Positions 62,867 through 64,000 of a stretch of DNA of 64,000 bases are shown in pieces. The position numbers were made by a program, and so were the translations under genes. The DNA is from Saccostrea echinata (taxonomy: Eukaryota): NCBI RefSeq assembly GCF_033153115.1, contig NW_026889757.1:9734001-9798000 (forward strand), given 5' to 3'. The notes under the pieces are model-generated. The model was not told where the DNA came from. It did no database searches and saw nothing but the letters and a program-made list of their open reading frames with translations. Numbering within the stretch: the first letter of the stretch is position 1; each line of letters opens with the position of its first letter.

Positions 62867-63277
62867 ATGGAATCTTTAGGTAAGTCGGGAAAAGTCGATT
62901 TTCAATCTTTTCGTCACACGAATACAGAAGATTCCGTCGGTAGGTCAAGGATATATGAATATCGAAGTTCTCGTCGGACACCTACGGATTCCTTTGGTAA
63001 TTCAGCAGGGAACGGATTTCGGGATTCCTCACAAAGTAGACCAGTGCATTCATTTGAAGGACCCTCCAATAACAGTGGAACCAATGTAAAGCCTCCTCGG
63101 AGTAGTGTTTACTATGGATATGGTGGTCCTTTTTCTTTAGATGACGATTTTGACAGAAGGTCGGATAGTACACAGATGTCGTCTGATTCTATTAGAAATT
63201 TTAAAATCCAACCTTGGATGACAAAAATTACTGGGGGAACATTCAAGAGGGACTACATTGACCGTATTTCATTACGG
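62867..63277 (+). CDS. Gene B (paralog of gene A) exon 1: cytoplasmic N-terminus
   Basis: MESLGKS...YGYGGPF...FKIQPWMTKITGGTFKRDYIDRISLR|gtaaga. Same intron position and phase as gene A. Confidence 0.88.
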
Positions 63278-63681
63278 GTAAGAATAAAAGAATCCATTCG
63301 TTTTTATGATTATGCTCATTTTGATACCTTAATGGTCAATTTCAAACTACACAACCAAAGCATAACATGTTGTCGCATTTACAAACGCGTCTCAATTATT
63401 CCGCTCGTTAAACCATTTTGTTTTCAACTGGTGAAATATGGAAAGTATTTGACATTAAAGCAAGTCCAAAAATTTTTTTAATAGAGAGGGTCGAAAAAAC
63501 CTTTTCCAATAAACAATAATACAATTAACTGATGTGGTTCCTCTCTAATTCCGTCACCATACTTTTGAGTGTTTCGTCTAGGAAAAAAATTATGACGTTT
63601 TTCTTCATATTATGTTGACATCTTTTCATCATTGAAATCAAAACCTCCTTGCTCTATAAATGGATTTTCTTTAATTTTTAG

Positions 63682-63880
63682 CCAACACTACAGCATGACA
63701 CCACAATACTCTGGCAAGACACTCGACAGCTTACAGAAGCAGATGACAGGGAGCCCATTAGAGGGAACTGTAATGAAGAAATTCTTGGTCGAACCACCTT
63801 AACTATCATCTTTATAATTCTTGGGGTGATTTTAGTTGGTATTGTTGGAGCTGTCATTGCATGGTTTTTAGCGATGAAGG
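63682..63880 (+). CDS. Gene B exon 2: TM signal anchor; gene continues beyond the window
   Basis: tag|PTLQH...GRTTLTIIFIILGVILVGIVGAVIAWFLAMK|gtaaaa. Phase 0-1, as in gene A exon 2. Confidence 0.85.
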
Positions 63881-64000
63881 GTAAAACTTTTGTACATATA
63901 TTTAAAACATTTTTTGGATATTAAACGTTATTCTAGACTACGTCATCTATTACTTTTTAACGAATTAAATAAATAATGGGTAAAAAAACAACAACACAAT

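Overview
This is AT-rich, intron-containing animal DNA with five N gaps. The repeat content (Penelope-like retroelements, Deu/Nin-type tRNA SINEs, Helentron-borne ~165-bp satellite, many MITEs) points to a bivalve mollusc, probably an oyster (inference). The main feature is one complete gene on the + strand (29527-47871), spliced by hand into 21 coding exons. It has GT-AG introns, consistent phases and a 6777-nt CDS (about 2258 aa). The product is a type II membrane protein: cytoplasmic tail, TM helix, SEA domain with an intact FRNG/SIIV cleavage-type motif, ~570-aa Thr/Ser mucin stalk, then [4 Ig-like + chitin-binding-like (CBM14) + linker] x2 and [2 Ig-like + CBM14-like]. A clear paralog starts at 62867 and shares a highly conserved cytoplasmic motif. 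A probable third, inverted and truncated copy lies at 55264-55787. The cluster looks like a family of membrane-tethered, possibly sheddable Ig/chitin-binding mucins, reminiscent of protochordate VCBPs. The first 28 kb is mostly nested transposons, including a ~10-kb foldback element with >1.3-kb inverted repeats. All domain and family calls come from reading motifs by eye; no searches were run.
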